Source: an uncultured Chloroflexia bacterium
GTDB lineage: Bacteria > Chloroflexota > Dehalococcoidia > UBA2979
DNA length: 64,000 bases
Direction: 5' to 3'
Assembly (NCBI GenBank): GCA_963728205.1
Contig: CAVSIV010000002.1
Location: 448,001-512,000 of the forward strand
Made by a program: the position numbers and the translations under genes. Numbering within the stretch: the stretch's first letter is position 1; each line of letters opens with the position of its first letter. The notes beneath the pieces are model-generated. The model was not told where the DNA came from and did no database searches. It saw nothing but the letters and a program-made list of their open reading frames with translations. Positions 9,256 through 18,765 of the stretch are shown one piece after another.

Positions 9256-11007
9256 GGCTGAGATCAGCTCCCGGACCTTGTCGCCCATGGCGGTGACCGC
9301 GATCTTCACGCGGTTCGGCTCGCCGCGCGCCAGCGACTTCGCGAAGTTGATCGCCTGCGAGCGCTCGATCTTCGCCGGCAGCGGCGGCTCGAGCGGGTCG
9401 ACGACCGCCTGCACGACCACGGGTCCCGGCGTGTTGAGCGCCTGCGCCAGGGTCGCCGCGCACTCGCCCGGCTGCTCGATCGTGAAGCCGGTCCCGCCGC
9501 AGGCCTCGGCGAACTTCGCGAAGTCGATCGGTGCGAGCTGGATCCCGTACTCCGGGTTCCCGTTCATCACCATCTGCTCCCACTTGATCTGGCCGAGCGC
9601 GTTGTTCTTGATCACGATCACCTTGATCGGGAGGTCGTGCTTCACGGCAGTCACGAAGTCCGCCATCAGCATCGAGAAGGCGCCGTCGCCGACGAACGCC
9701 ACCACCTGGCGACCGGGGTGCGCGACCGCGGCGCCCAGCGCGTAGGGCAGGCCGTTCGCCATCGTCGCCAGGGTGCCGGAGCAGCTGAACATCTGGCCCC
9801 GTCGCGCCTTGATCTGGCGCGCCCACCACGTCGTGATGCTGCCGCTGTCGGAGACGACGATCGCGTCGTCGTGCAGGAGCTTGTTCAGCTCCCACGCCAC
9901 GACCTGCGGCTTCATCGGCATCTCGTCGCGCGTACCGCGCTCCTCCATCGTCTGCCACCAGTCGCTCATGCCGCTCTGCGCCTGCTCGAGGAAGGAGCGG
10001 TCGTCCTTGCGCCGCAGCATGGGGAGCAGTTGCTGGAGGACCTGCGTGCTGTCGCCGACGAGGCCGACCTCGACGGGATAGCGCAGCCCGATACGCTGCG
10101 GGTCGGCGTCGATCTGGACGCAGCGGGCCTGCCCCGGCTCCGGCAGGAACTCCATGTAGGGGAACGAGGACCCGACGATGAAGAGCGTGTCGCACTGCTC
10201 GAAGGCATCCTGCGACGGCTTCGTGCCGAGCAGTCCGATGCCGCCCGTGGTGTACGGGGAATCGTCGGGCACCGCGGCCTTGCCGAGCAGCGCCTTCACG
10301 ATCGGCGCGCCGAGCGCCTCGGCGACCTGCTCGAGCTCGTCGGTGGCGCCGAGCGCGCCGCGGCCGGCGAGGATGGCGACCTTCGAGCCGGCGTTGAGGA
10401 CCTCGGCCGCCTCGCGGATCTGCGACTCCGCCGGCTGCGGGAACGCCCACGCGCGCTGCGACGAGGTGTGATCGGCGACGTTGCGCTTCGTGCGGCGCGC
10501 GACCTCCTCCTCCTGGAAGTCCACCGGCACCTGCACGTGCGCGACGCCGCGGCCGCTGATCGCCGACCGGCATGCGATGTTCACGACGTTCTCGATGTGC
10601 GCGGGGGACATCACCCGCGTGCTGTAGATCGAGACGTCCTGAAAGACGCGATCGAGGTCGACGTCCTGCTGGGACCACGTGTCGATCAGGTCGCTGAAGT
10701 GATGGCCGGTGATCGCCAGCACCGGCTGGCCGTCCAGCTTGGCGTCGTAGAGCCCGTTCAGCAGGTGGAGTCCGCCCGGACCCGAGGTGGCGAGGCAGAC
10801 GCCGAGGCGCCCCGTGAACTTCGCGTAGCCGACGGCCGCGAACGCCGCGGACTCCTCGTGGCGGACCTGCACGAAGCGGATCTTGTCTTCGCGCTTGCGC
10901 AGGCCCTCCATCAGCCCGTTGATGCCGTCGCCGGGGAGGCCGAAGACCGTGTCGACTCCCCAGTCGATGAGCGTGTCGAACAGGATGTCGGCGCCGTTCT
11001 GTCCCAT
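8101..11007 (-). CDS. ThDP-dependent pyruvate oxidase/dehydrogenase (PoxB-like, ~9262-11007) read in frame into a mandelate racemase/enolase-superfamily domain
   Basis: FGLPGDGIN, RHEESAAF, TSGPG and GDGAF..NN ThDP motifs, then KMKVG, VDANG, WFEEP and AGEY enolase-superfamily motifs; no stop at the junction (see findings). Confidence 0.85.
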   Translation of the reverse strand: MGQNGADILFDTLIDWGVDTVFGLPGDGINGLMEGLRKREDKIRFVQVRHEESAAFAAVGYAKFTGRLGVCLATSGPGGLHLLNGLYDAKLDGQPVLAITGHHFSDLIDTWSQQDVDLDRVFQDVSIYSTRVMSPAHIENVVNIACRSAISGRGVAHVQVPVDFQEEEVARRTKRNVADHTSSQRAWAFPQPAESQIREAAEVLNAGSKVAILAGRGALGATDELEQVAEALGAPIVKALLGKAAVPDDSPYTTGGIGLLGTKPSQDAFEQCDTLFIVGSSFPYMEFLPEPGQARCVQIDADPQRIGLRYPVEVGLVGDSTQVLQQLLPMLRRKDDRSFLEQAQSGMSDWWQTMEERGTRDEMPMKPQVVAWELNKLLHDDAIVVSDSGSITTWWARQIKARRGQMFSCSGTLATMANGLPYALGAAVAHPGRQVVAFVGDGAFSMLMADFVTAVKHDLPIKVIVIKNNALGQIKWEQMVMNGNPEYGIQLAPIDFAKFAEACGGTGFTIEQPGECAATLAQALNTPGPVVVQAVVDPLEPPLPAKIERSQAINFAKSLARGEPNRVKIAVTAMGDKVRELISAMAGSHLVATRAAPAHDAERVVDGDTPIERVDVAAYTIPTETPESDGTLDWDSTTMVLVEVAAGGRVGIGYSYAHASAAEIVADKLAPAVRGSDAFAIPDCARAMARAVRNAGRPGVAACAIAAVDVALWDLKAKLLDLPLARLLGRCRAAVPVYGSGGFTSYDVDQLQAHMARWVEQGIPRVKMKVGRNPAADPARVAAARDAIGDDVELFVDANGAYGRRQALVAADAFAQLDVRWFEEPVSSDDLDGLRFVRDHAPAAMEVAAGEYAYDPWYVQRMLQAQAVDVLQVDATRCLGISGFLAGGALCDAWHVPYSGHCAPSVHAHAACALPALRHLEYFFDHVRIEHLLFDGALEPRDGALVPDLTRPGLGLELKRADAARYRV

Positions 11008-11082
11008 GGTGGCCTCCGTTCGATCTCGATGCGTGGTGTGGGGCGCAGGACGCGCCCGCGCGTGCGCGGTGAGCGGCGCCGG

Positions 11083-11466
11083 TCAGCCGGACGCGCCGCC
11101 GGCGAACGCGATCGTGCTGAGCAGCGCGTTCTCCGCCTGGCGCGAGTCGAGCCGCGTGTGCTGCACGACGACCGGGACGTCGGACTCGATCACGCTCGCG
11201 TAGTCTGTGGCCGCGGGGATCGGTTCCGGGTCGCGCAGCGCGTTGAAGCGGACGTGGCGCGTGCGCCGTGCCGGGACGACGACTTCGTACGGGCCGGCCG
11301 GCTCGCGGTCGCTGAAGAAGACGTGGATGCGCACGTGGGCGTCCGCGTCCGACGCGTTCAGGATGCAGGCGGTCTCGTGGCTCGTGAACTCGGGCTCCTG
11401 CCCGTGGCTCCAGCCCGGGATGTAGCCCTCAGCGATCGCCCAGCGCGTGCGTCCGATAGCGTCCAC
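11083..11466 (-). CDS. Anabaena sensory rhodopsin transducer (ASRT/DUF1362) family protein
   Basis: IGRTRWAIAEGYIP, SHETACILN, RRTRHVRFN, SDVPVVVQHTRLDSRQ family motifs. Confidence 0.88.
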   Translation of the reverse strand: MDAIGRTRWAIAEGYIPGWSHGQEPEFTSHETACILNASDADAHVRIHVFFSDREPAGPYEVVVPARRTRHVRFNALRDPEPIPAATDYASVIESDVPVVVQHTRLDSRQAENALLSTIAFAGGASG

Positions 11467-11640
11467 GATGCTCCGATCCGGTGCCGTGGGGGCGGCCCGA
11501 CGGCTGGTTGAACGCTACGACGCGGCGCGGGCGGGTTCGCATAACCGCGAGGACCGGTGAGTTGCAATGGGGTGTCACTCGCGGCGCGGGGTATCGTGAG
11601 GCTTCACCACGGGAGCCGAGAGAGCGGAGCAGGCGAGCCG

Positions 11641-12057
11641 ATGCCGGGCGCGAACGACTTCAACACGCAGATCATCAACGAGTTTCGGCAGAACGCCGGG
11701 AAGGTCGGCGGGCCGTTCGAGGGCGCGCCGATGCTCCTGCTGCATACGACGGGCGCGAAGAGCGGGGCGGAGCGCGTCAACCCCGTTGTCTACCAGCCCC
11801 TGGCCGACGGTGCGATGGCGGTCTTCGCGTCGAAGGGCGGCGCGCCGACGAACCCGGACTGGTACCACAACCTCGTCGCGCACCCGGACGTCACCGTCGA
11901 GGTCGGCACGGAGACGGTGACGGCGACGGCGCGGGTGGCACAGGGCGAGGAGCGCGACCGCATCTGGACGAAGCAGAAGCAGGCGGCGCCGGGGTTCGCG
12001 GAGTACGAGCGGAAGACGGCGCGGGAGATCCCGGTGGTGATCATCGAGCGGCGCTAG
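11641..12057 (+). CDS. F420H2-dependent nitroreductase/quinone reductase (Ddn family)
   Basis: LLLHTTGAKSG, ASKGGAPTNPDWYHNL, REIPVV motifs. Confidence 0.92.
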   Translation: MPGANDFNTQIINEFRQNAGKVGGPFEGAPMLLLHTTGAKSGAERVNPVVYQPLADGAMAVFASKGGAPTNPDWYHNLVAHPDVTVEVGTETVTATARVAQGEERDRIWTKQKQAAPGFAEYERKTAREIPVVIIERR

Positions 12058-12245
12058 GGCACTCGCTCTGCGCGGCGCCCGGAGGCCAGGCCTCGCGCGG
12101 AGGCGGTCCGGGCTGCGTCCCTAACATTTGCTAACGCTGGCGAGCGAGGGGTAGAGATCGCATCGGGCCGGGCCGTCAGTCGGACCGGAGGCAGACGCGC
12201 TATCCAGATCACCCCTCTCGGGGAGCAGCTCTGGAGGTCGGCCTC

Positions 12246-12614
12246 GTGGACCTCGTCGTAGTCATCGAACAGGATCCCGCGATCGGCGAGCTGCTCGAGA
12301 TCGTGCTCGGCGACGCGGGCTTCGACGTGCGTGTGCTCCCGAACCCGTCGGACCTGGTGCCCGAAGTGCGCAGCCGGACGCCGCGTGTCGTGCTGCTCGA
12401 CCTGCCGCCCGCGAAAGACGTCTACGCGGACCTGGAGCGCGTGCAGCGGGTGCTGCGAGGCAGATGTACCCGCCTGGTGGCGATGACGACGTCGCAGTCG
12501 GTGGAAGCCGACTGCCGCGAGTCGCGACACATCCCTGCGCTGTTGAAGCCGTTCGACCTCGATGAGCTTGTCGCCCTCGTGACCACCGAGGTGCCTCCGG
12601 GCGGCGCCAACTGA
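12246..12614 (+). CDS. Stand-alone response regulator receiver domain (CheY-like)
   Basis: VVVIEQD, VVLLD (phospho-Asp), AMT and KPFDLDEL receiver motifs. Confidence 0.75.
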   Translation: MDLVVVIEQDPAIGELLEIVLGDAGFDVRVLPNPSDLVPEVRSRTPRVVLLDLPPAKDVYADLERVQRVLRGRCTRLVAMTTSQSVEADCRESRHIPALLKPFDLDELVALVTTEVPPGGAN

Positions 12615-12882
12615 CGGTCGGGCGCGCGCCGCGGCTCCCCCCGTATCAGACCGGAGTGGCGCTCCAGCGCGCATGTAGCGCTGTCGTGCATGTGCTACGC
12701 CGAAGTGCATCTGATTGCATGACGAGGCGAATCGCGGCGCGATCACGGGTCCAGATGTCATGCACAGCTCGCGCCAGGCACGGCACACCAGGGCCCATCG
12801 CCATGGACGAACCAGCGCCGACCGCGGCAGACGGGATTGCGGGTGACGCCGCGTCACCCGCTACGTTCGTCCTGGGGGCTGC

Positions 12883-13583
12883 ATGGAACGACGGCTGTGG
12901 CACATCGGCGAGCTGGCGAAGGCGACGGGCCTGACGGTCCGCACGCTCCGGCACTACGAGCACGAGGGCTGCTCGTCCCCTCGGGCCGGTCGGCGGCGGG
13001 CCACCGCGTCTACGCCGAGGCCGACGTGCACCGCCTGTACGAGATCCTCGTGCTGCGGCGCATGGGGCTGCGGCTCGCCGCGATCCGCGACCAGCTCGCG
13101 CGCCCGCGCGACCTCCGCGACGTGATTCGCGACCACATCGCTGAGGCGCAGACCGAGGCGACGACGCCTCGTCGACCGGCTGCGGCGGATCGCGACCTCG
13201 ATCGAGTCGTCGGGCCGGCCCTCCTACGAGTCGTTACTGGAGGTGATGGAGCGAATGACGATGCTCGAGCGCTACCTGAGCGCGGAAGAGATGGAGCGCC
13301 TGCGAGAGCACCGGCGCGCGACGGGCGACGAGCGGATCCGGGCGTCGAGCCTGGAGCGCGATCGACTGCTGGGCGAGTTGCGCGCCGCGCACGAAGCCGG
13401 CACCGACCCGACGTCGCCGCCCGTCCGCGAGGCCGTTGACCGCGCTGTTCACGGAGTGGGCCGGCGGCGCGCAGTTCGCCGCCGGCCTCACGCGGATGGT
13501 GGAGGTCGAGGGCGGCAGAGGCCGCGTCCTACGGGCTGATGACGCAGGAGCTCGCCGAATACGTGAGGCAGGCGGCGGGGTAG
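12883..13583 (+). pseudogene. MerR/TipA-family transcriptional regulator, multiply frameshifted
   Basis: WHIGELAKATGLTVRTLRHYE in one frame, PSGRSAAGHRVY..DVHRLYEILVLRRMG in another, TipAS-like tail in further frames; about four frame changes. Confidence 0.8.
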
Positions 13584-13694
13584 ACCGGGGCGCAGTCCCG
13601 CTCCCCGGCGCCGGGGAGCGGGACCACACGCGGCGTCCGGGTTCGCCGGCGACGCCGGACCACTGCTGAGCCGGGCCCGCGGCGGTCGGTGCCC

Positions 13695-16600
13695 TCACGG
13701 CGCGGCGCCGGTTGCGCGCTGCACTCCCAACGGCAGGGTTTGAGGGTAGGTCACCACGCGTCCGTCGATGCGCAGGCGCAGTCCTGCCACGTACCGCCCG
13801 GGCTGGAGCCCCCACAGGAAGCGGTCGCCGCTGCGCCGCGCGGTGACGGGCAGGATGCTGAACCCGTCGGCCGCCTCCACCCACTCCGAGTCGCCGGGGA
13901 GCACCTCCACGAGCCGCCCGACCTCCGTGTACAGCACGACCTGGAAGGCGACCTCCGCAGCGCCGCCCCCGGCGCGCTCCACCGCGAAGGTATAGAAGTC
14001 GGTGGGCGTCCCGTCGACGGGAAGGCGCGAGGTCAGGTGGAACGTCGTCAACGACGACGCCATCAGCTGGACGAGCCGGTCGCGTTGCGCGGCGCTGAGT
14101 GGTCCCACGGCGAGCTCGCGCGCCGGCTGCCCGCCGACATCGGTGCCGCCGGGCAGTTGCAGGAAGGCGAAGCCGCGAACCGTGCTCGTCACGCTCGCAT
14201 CGATCGGCGCCGACGAGAGCACGACCCGCCCGAGCGACGCGAACGGGTTGATGGGGACGTAGCTCCGCCGCAGCGTGCGCGACACCGTCGTCTCGGTGCG
14301 GATGACGTCGCTCTGTCGGACGGTCGGCTCGAGGATCTGCGTGGATTCGGCGGCCGGGACCAGCGCGTTCGGCGGCGGCGTCACGACGTCCGGCGGCATC
14401 GGGATCGGGCCGGTGACGCCGGGGACCGGCAGATCGGGGTAGCTCGGGATCAGGATCGCGTCGCCGCGACTCACGCGCGTGAACCGAGAGGACTCGAGGA
14501 ATCGCTCCGGGAAGCCGCTCTCGTAGACGCCGAACGCGATGTGGATGCGCCCGCCGGAATAGAGATCGGCAGCCGACCGGAAGGCTTCGAGGTTGGTCAG
14601 CCCCTCGCGGCTCTGGGCGAAGTGGTGGCTCACCCAGTACTCGCCGTTGTGGATGAGCCCTTCGTCGATGCCGGTGGCGATCTTCGCCAGCTGGCTGTCG
14701 AGCGAGCGTGTGATCGAGAGTCCGTCCTCGAAGAACTTCGCGTCGAGCAGGATGCGGCGGCCGTCGCGCAGCTGCAGGAGAACGTCCGCCTCGAGCACGT
14801 TCGCGTAGCGCGTGCCCTCCGCCACGTTGAGCCGGTCGATCTCCTGGAGCCACCAGCGGCGGCCCATCACGATACGCGCGCCCTCGCGCTCGACGTCGTC
14901 GAGGATGCGCGACACCAGCAGCGCCTCGAACGCGTGCCCGCGGTTTCCGGCGACGAGCGAGTCGAACAGGCGCGGGTTGGTCCGGCTTACGCGATTCATG
15001 ACCCCGTCGATGCCCTTGATGCGATCGAGCGCGACGGCGAGGTCCATGTTCAGGCGCGGCGTGTTCAGGTACTTCGTGTAGCTGCGGTTCCTCATGATGG
15101 CGTGCAGCGCCGAGTTATCAATCTCGGGGTCCCGGAAGAGCCGGCGCAGCGGCGCGAATGCCGCGTCGTCCCAGTCGCTCACCTTCGGCACGCCGAAGGC
15201 GAAGAACCCGAACTCGAGGTCGTCGGCGGCGCCGGCTTTCGCGGCCGCCTGGCGGATCGGCTGCAGGAACTCGTCGTTGATGATGCGATCGAGATCCTCC
15301 ACGGATGCACCGCGCTTCGCCGCGGACTTGAGCCGCCCGAGGAAGCCGGCGTCGGCGCTGCCGAGTCCGCGCGGAACGCGCCGGCCCTCCAGCCGCGCGA
15401 GCAGCTTCTCGCGCAGGTCGGCGGGGCGACCGAGCAGGTGCTCCAGGGTGCCGTCGCCGACCAGCGAGCGGAAGAAGCCCTCGCGCGGCGGCGGCGGCAC
15501 CGCCTTCACTGGGAGCTCGCGGAGCCGGATGCGCTGCCAGTCCCGCGCGAACTCGTCCCAGGAGAGCGGCGAGAGGTCGCGGGCGCGCAGCTCTTCGAAG
15601 TGGCGGGCGTACGCGTCGTCGATGAGCGGCACGTAGCGGCGGTCGATCGACTGCCGGACAGCGGGCGTCGCCTGCTCGATCGCGTCGGCGGCGCTCGCGG
15701 GCGGGTCGGCGAGCCGCCGGGAGTGGGACAAATCCACGGGCGCCGTCGAGGCGTCCCCGGCGGACCGGCGCGCCGCCGCGAGGTCGACGTCGCCGGTCGC
15801 GCGACCGATGGCGTCCGCGTCGGCGGCCTCGGTGAGTCGCGCAGTCGCGCGCGCGTCGGTGACGTCTCCGCCGAGCGTGGCCAGCTCGTCCAGTGAGCGC
15901 GGCAGCGCCGATGCCTCGTCGGCGAAGTCGAGCGTGCGCAGCGCCGAGCGCGCCTCAGAGATGCCGCCCACCACGTCGACGATCGAGAAGACGACGTCGA
16001 CGCCTGCCCAGAAGGCCGACTCGCGCGCCTCCGCCTGCGTCACCAGCGTCTCGTCGACGCTCACGTCGGAGTCGCTCAGTGCGTCCTTGAAGACCGCCTG
16101 ATCGACAGAGACCACGGCGGCGAACACCCCCAGCGCGATCGATACCGGCGGACAGAAGAAGGAGAAGACGAGCGAGCCCAGTCCGAGCACGAGCTGGAAC
16201 GTCCCGGCCTGCTCCTTCAGCCGCTGCACCGCCCAGAAGTACTCAGCGTCGCCGTTGATCGCTTCGCGCTGCTCCTTCTCCACCGTCCCGACGATGCGGG
16301 GGATGCTCATGATGCGCGGTGGGACGATGGTCAGCATCCGGCGGATGTCCTCCATGTCGTCCTCGAGCATGCGGACCGCCCGCCCGTTGTCGCTCTTCAG
16401 ATCCCGCACGACGCCGAGCACCGCGTCCGCGATCTGGTCGGTGGTGCGGCTGTGGATCGTGCCCCACGACAGCCGGCCCAGCAGCGGCGTCCCCTGCCGC
16501 AGGCGCTGGAGCTTGTGATCGAGCAACTCGACGAGCTCGTCGAGCGACATCGGGTGCCCGGCAGCTGCGAGGTCCCGTTCCATCTGCGGCACGATGCGCT

Positions 16601-17372
16601 CGACGAGCGCGGTGTAGGCATCGCGCTTGCCGAGGGCGAGCGTCGTCACGTACGTGGTCGCGCTCAGGTAGCGCAGGTACGTGAGCAGGTTGAAGAAGTC
16701 GCGCAGGTTCTCGAGTGCGTAGTAGGAGGTCGCCTTCTCGCGCAGCTGCGACACCATCTGCTGGAAGGCGTCGGTCCGGTCGCGCGCAGCGGCCGCGAGA
16801 TTGTCGAGCTCGGTCTTGCTGTGTGCCAGCAGGTTGCGCGCGAGGTTAACGCAGAGGTCGATGAACAGGATCTCGCGGCTCTTCGAGTCGTCGACCTCGT
16901 AGCTGAGCACGCCGAACAGCGGCTCGGGTCGGTCGCTGTTGTTGTAGAAGAGGAGGCCACGTCCGCCGACAATCGCAGCGAAGTGGTCTCGGCTCTCGGA
17001 CGCGATCCGGGCCTCGATGCTCAGCGCGAGGAACCGCGCCTCCGAGCCCGCGAATTGGACGGCGAAGACGGGGAATTGCTTGGTCCCGGCCGGACGATCC
17101 TGGTGCGAGACGTAGTAGTAGCCGTTCGGCAGTGCGATCCCGAAGTCCTTCATGCCGGCGTCCGACGAGACCGGCTCGATTGTGAGCACGTCGGGCGTGG
17201 CCCCGGCCAGGATCGTGAGCGACGACGCCTGGAGCTCCCCGATGAGCACGTCGCCGGCGGTCGGCGCCGAGTACGGCGGCGTAATCTGGATCTCGGTCAG
17301 GTCGCGGAAGAGCCCCGGGCGGCCGAGCAGCGCCTGGAGGTTCGCCGCGACCTCAGCGTGAGGGAGCGGCAT
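13695..17372 (-). CDS. Large polymorphic-toxin-like protein: helical region, hydrophobic hairpin, PD-(D/E)xK nuclease-like domain, C-terminal beta-rich domain
   Basis: 1225-aa ORF; hydrophobic LVLGLGSLVFSFFCPPVSIALGVFAAVV; GHAFE...EADVLLQLRDGRRILLDAK...SQL restriction-endonuclease-fold pattern. Confidence 0.6.
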   Translation of the reverse strand: MPLPHAEVAANLQALLGRPGLFRDLTEIQITPPYSAPTAGDVLIGELQASSLTILAGATPDVLTIEPVSSDAGMKDFGIALPNGYYYVSHQDRPAGTKQFPVFAVQFAGSEARFLALSIEARIASESRDHFAAIVGGRGLLFYNNSDRPEPLFGVLSYEVDDSKSREILFIDLCVNLARNLLAHSKTELDNLAAAARDRTDAFQQMVSQLREKATSYYALENLRDFFNLLTYLRYLSATTYVTTLALGKRDAYTALVERIVPQMERDLAAAGHPMSLDELVELLDHKLQRLRQGTPLLGRLSWGTIHSRTTDQIADAVLGVVRDLKSDNGRAVRMLEDDMEDIRRMLTIVPPRIMSIPRIVGTVEKEQREAINGDAEYFWAVQRLKEQAGTFQLVLGLGSLVFSFFCPPVSIALGVFAAVVSVDQAVFKDALSDSDVSVDETLVTQAEARESAFWAGVDVVFSIVDVVGGISEARSALRTLDFADEASALPRSLDELATLGGDVTDARATARLTEAADADAIGRATGDVDLAAARRSAGDASTAPVDLSHSRRLADPPASAADAIEQATPAVRQSIDRRYVPLIDDAYARHFEELRARDLSPLSWDEFARDWQRIRLRELPVKAVPPPPREGFFRSLVGDGTLEHLLGRPADLREKLLARLEGRRVPRGLGSADAGFLGRLKSAAKRGASVEDLDRIINDEFLQPIRQAAAKAGAADDLEFGFFAFGVPKVSDWDDAAFAPLRRLFRDPEIDNSALHAIMRNRSYTKYLNTPRLNMDLAVALDRIKGIDGVMNRVSRTNPRLFDSLVAGNRGHAFEALLVSRILDDVEREGARIVMGRRWWLQEIDRLNVAEGTRYANVLEADVLLQLRDGRRILLDAKFFEDGLSITRSLDSQLAKIATGIDEGLIHNGEYWVSHHFAQSREGLTNLEAFRSAADLYSGGRIHIAFGVYESGFPERFLESSRFTRVSRGDAILIPSYPDLPVPGVTGPIPMPPDVVTPPPNALVPAAESTQILEPTVRQSDVIRTETTVSRTLRRSYVPINPFASLGRVVLSSAPIDASVTSTVRGFAFLQLPGGTDVGGQPARELAVGPLSAAQRDRLVQLMASSLTTFHLTSRLPVDGTPTDFYTFAVERAGGGAAEVAFQVVLYTEVGRLVEVLPGDSEWVEAADGFSILPVTARRSGDRFLWGLQPGRYVAGLRLRIDGRVVTYPQTLPLGVQRATGAAP

Positions 17373-18765
17373 GGTCGTCCTCCCCTCGCCCCGGGTCGCG
17401 CATGTCGACGAACGAGAACACCGTGTGCGCGGTCGACGGCACCGGGGGCGTCGCCGCCTGCTCCTCGGCGTCGAGCACGGTCACGCCGTCGACGACGAGG
17501 ATGTACGGCCGACTGGAGAGGTTCGCGACGCTGATCTCACCGTCGGCGGCCGTCCGGCCGTGCTCGACTGCGGTGCCGTCGAGGTCGCGCAGCTCCCAGT
17601 CGAGTCCGGAGAGCGCGCGGCCGGTGGAGTCGGCGAGCCGCATCCGCAGCGTGACGAGCAGGTCGAGCCGCGCGTACAGATGCAGGTCGGGGTGTCCTGG
17701 GACATCGTCGGCATCGGCGGCCGCGAACGGCTCGTCCATGAGCGCGACGCCGAACCCGAGGGCCGGGACGTCCTCGCCGGGAATCGCCTCGGGCACGCGC
17801 CAGTCGACGCGCATCACGCTCGCGTCGGCGAGAGGAGCGTCGACTCGCTCCAAAAACATTGAGCCGGCCGCCGTGACCGCGGAGATGTCGAACGTCACCC
17901 GCTGGCCGGCCACGCCGCCGCTCAGGATCGCGACCAGCTGCACGACTTCGCCGGCATGCGCGGACCCCCGGCTCCACCCGGCGGCGACGACGCGTCCGAG
18001 CGCTGAGGGGACGAGCGCGGCGGGGTCGTCGATGATGGCATCGGCGGCGACTGCGACGCGGTGTGCCGCCATGACGGCCGGCTGGCCGGCCGCCTGCGGC
18101 TGGAAGTGGACGAGCACCGCGCGGTCGACGCCGCCTGCATCGCTTCCGCGCACGGCGACGACGCGCTCGTCGCTTGCGCCGACGACCGGGAGCGCGCGCT
18201 GCCCGAGCGTGAACCAGTCGAATGCGCCCTCGGCCGGCGGATGGACGACCGCCGCGTATCGCACATCGGTGTCCGGCGGGACCAGGTCGGGGGCGGCGCC
18301 GACGCCGTCGGAGGCGCGGATCGCGACAACGGCCGGCACGTCCCCGACCGAGAGCGGCACGGAGTCGCGCGTCTCCCCTTCGATCTGCACGTCGAGCATG
18401 ACGTCCGGCTGCTCTCCGACCGTCGCGGAGACGCCGTACAGCGCGAGGAGCTGCTCGGTGTCGGAGGTGAGCTCCCGGCTGGTCGGCCCGTCGGGGCGGT
18501 CGAAGCGAATGTCGCCCGATGCGGCGTCCGAGCGCTTGCGCAGGGCGAGCACGACGGGCCGCGCATCCTCGGGCCGGCCCGGGGCCCCGGTGCCGCCATC
18601 CGAAGCGCGCCACCGCACCGAGACGTAGAAGGGGGAGCGCCGTCCCGCCGGGATGCGGTCGGAGCAGGCGACGACGACGGTCGCACGCCAGTGATCGCGG
18701 CTGATGGTGCCGCGCACGACCTCTCGCCCGATGGTGCGGTGGACCACGTGTGCGCATCCGCTCAC
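17353..18765 (-). CDS. Hypothetical beta-sandwich multi-domain protein with C-terminal transthyretin/carboxypeptidase-regulatory-like domain
   Basis: 470-aa ORF overlapping the start of the toxin-like gene; LADSTGRALSGLDWELRDLDG..HGRTAADGEI motif; start codon uncertain. Confidence 0.55.
   Translation of the reverse strand: MSGCAHVVHRTIGREVVRGTISRDHWRATVVVACSDRIPAGRRSPFYVSVRWRASDGGTGAPGRPEDARPVVLALRKRSDAASGDIRFDRPDGPTSRELTSDTEQLLALYGVSATVGEQPDVMLDVQIEGETRDSVPLSVGDVPAVVAIRASDGVGAAPDLVPPDTDVRYAAVVHPPAEGAFDWFTLGQRALPVVGASDERVVAVRGSDAGGVDRAVLVHFQPQAAGQPAVMAAHRVAVAADAIIDDPAALVPSALGRVVAAGWSRGSAHAGEVVQLVAILSGGVAGQRVTFDISAVTAAGSMFLERVDAPLADASVMRVDWRVPEAIPGEDVPALGFGVALMDEPFAAADADDVPGHPDLHLYARLDLLVTLRMRLADSTGRALSGLDWELRDLDGTAVEHGRTAADGEISVANLSSRPYILVVDGVTVLDAEEQAATPPVPSTAHTVFSFVDMRDPGRGEDDHAAPSR

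Noticed and set aside
5092-9261. Very long antisense/alternate-frame ORFs (e.g. 1389 aa here, 1544 aa at 25011-29645, 1038 aa at 36252-39368)
   Set aside because: Shadow ORFs expected in very GC-rich DNA opposite genes with clear family motifs; Arg/Ala/Gly-rich with no recognisable domains.
12007-12018. 12-bp match (GAGCGGAAGACG) to the tRNA-Gly 3' end as a possible att site
   Set aside because: It lies inside the intact nitroreductase coding sequence, the implied island would contain tRNA-Leu, and no integrase is present.
12121-12135. CTAAC-N5-CTAAC direct repeat upstream of the receiver-domain gene
   Set aside because: Resembles a response-regulator box but is too short to support without comparative data.
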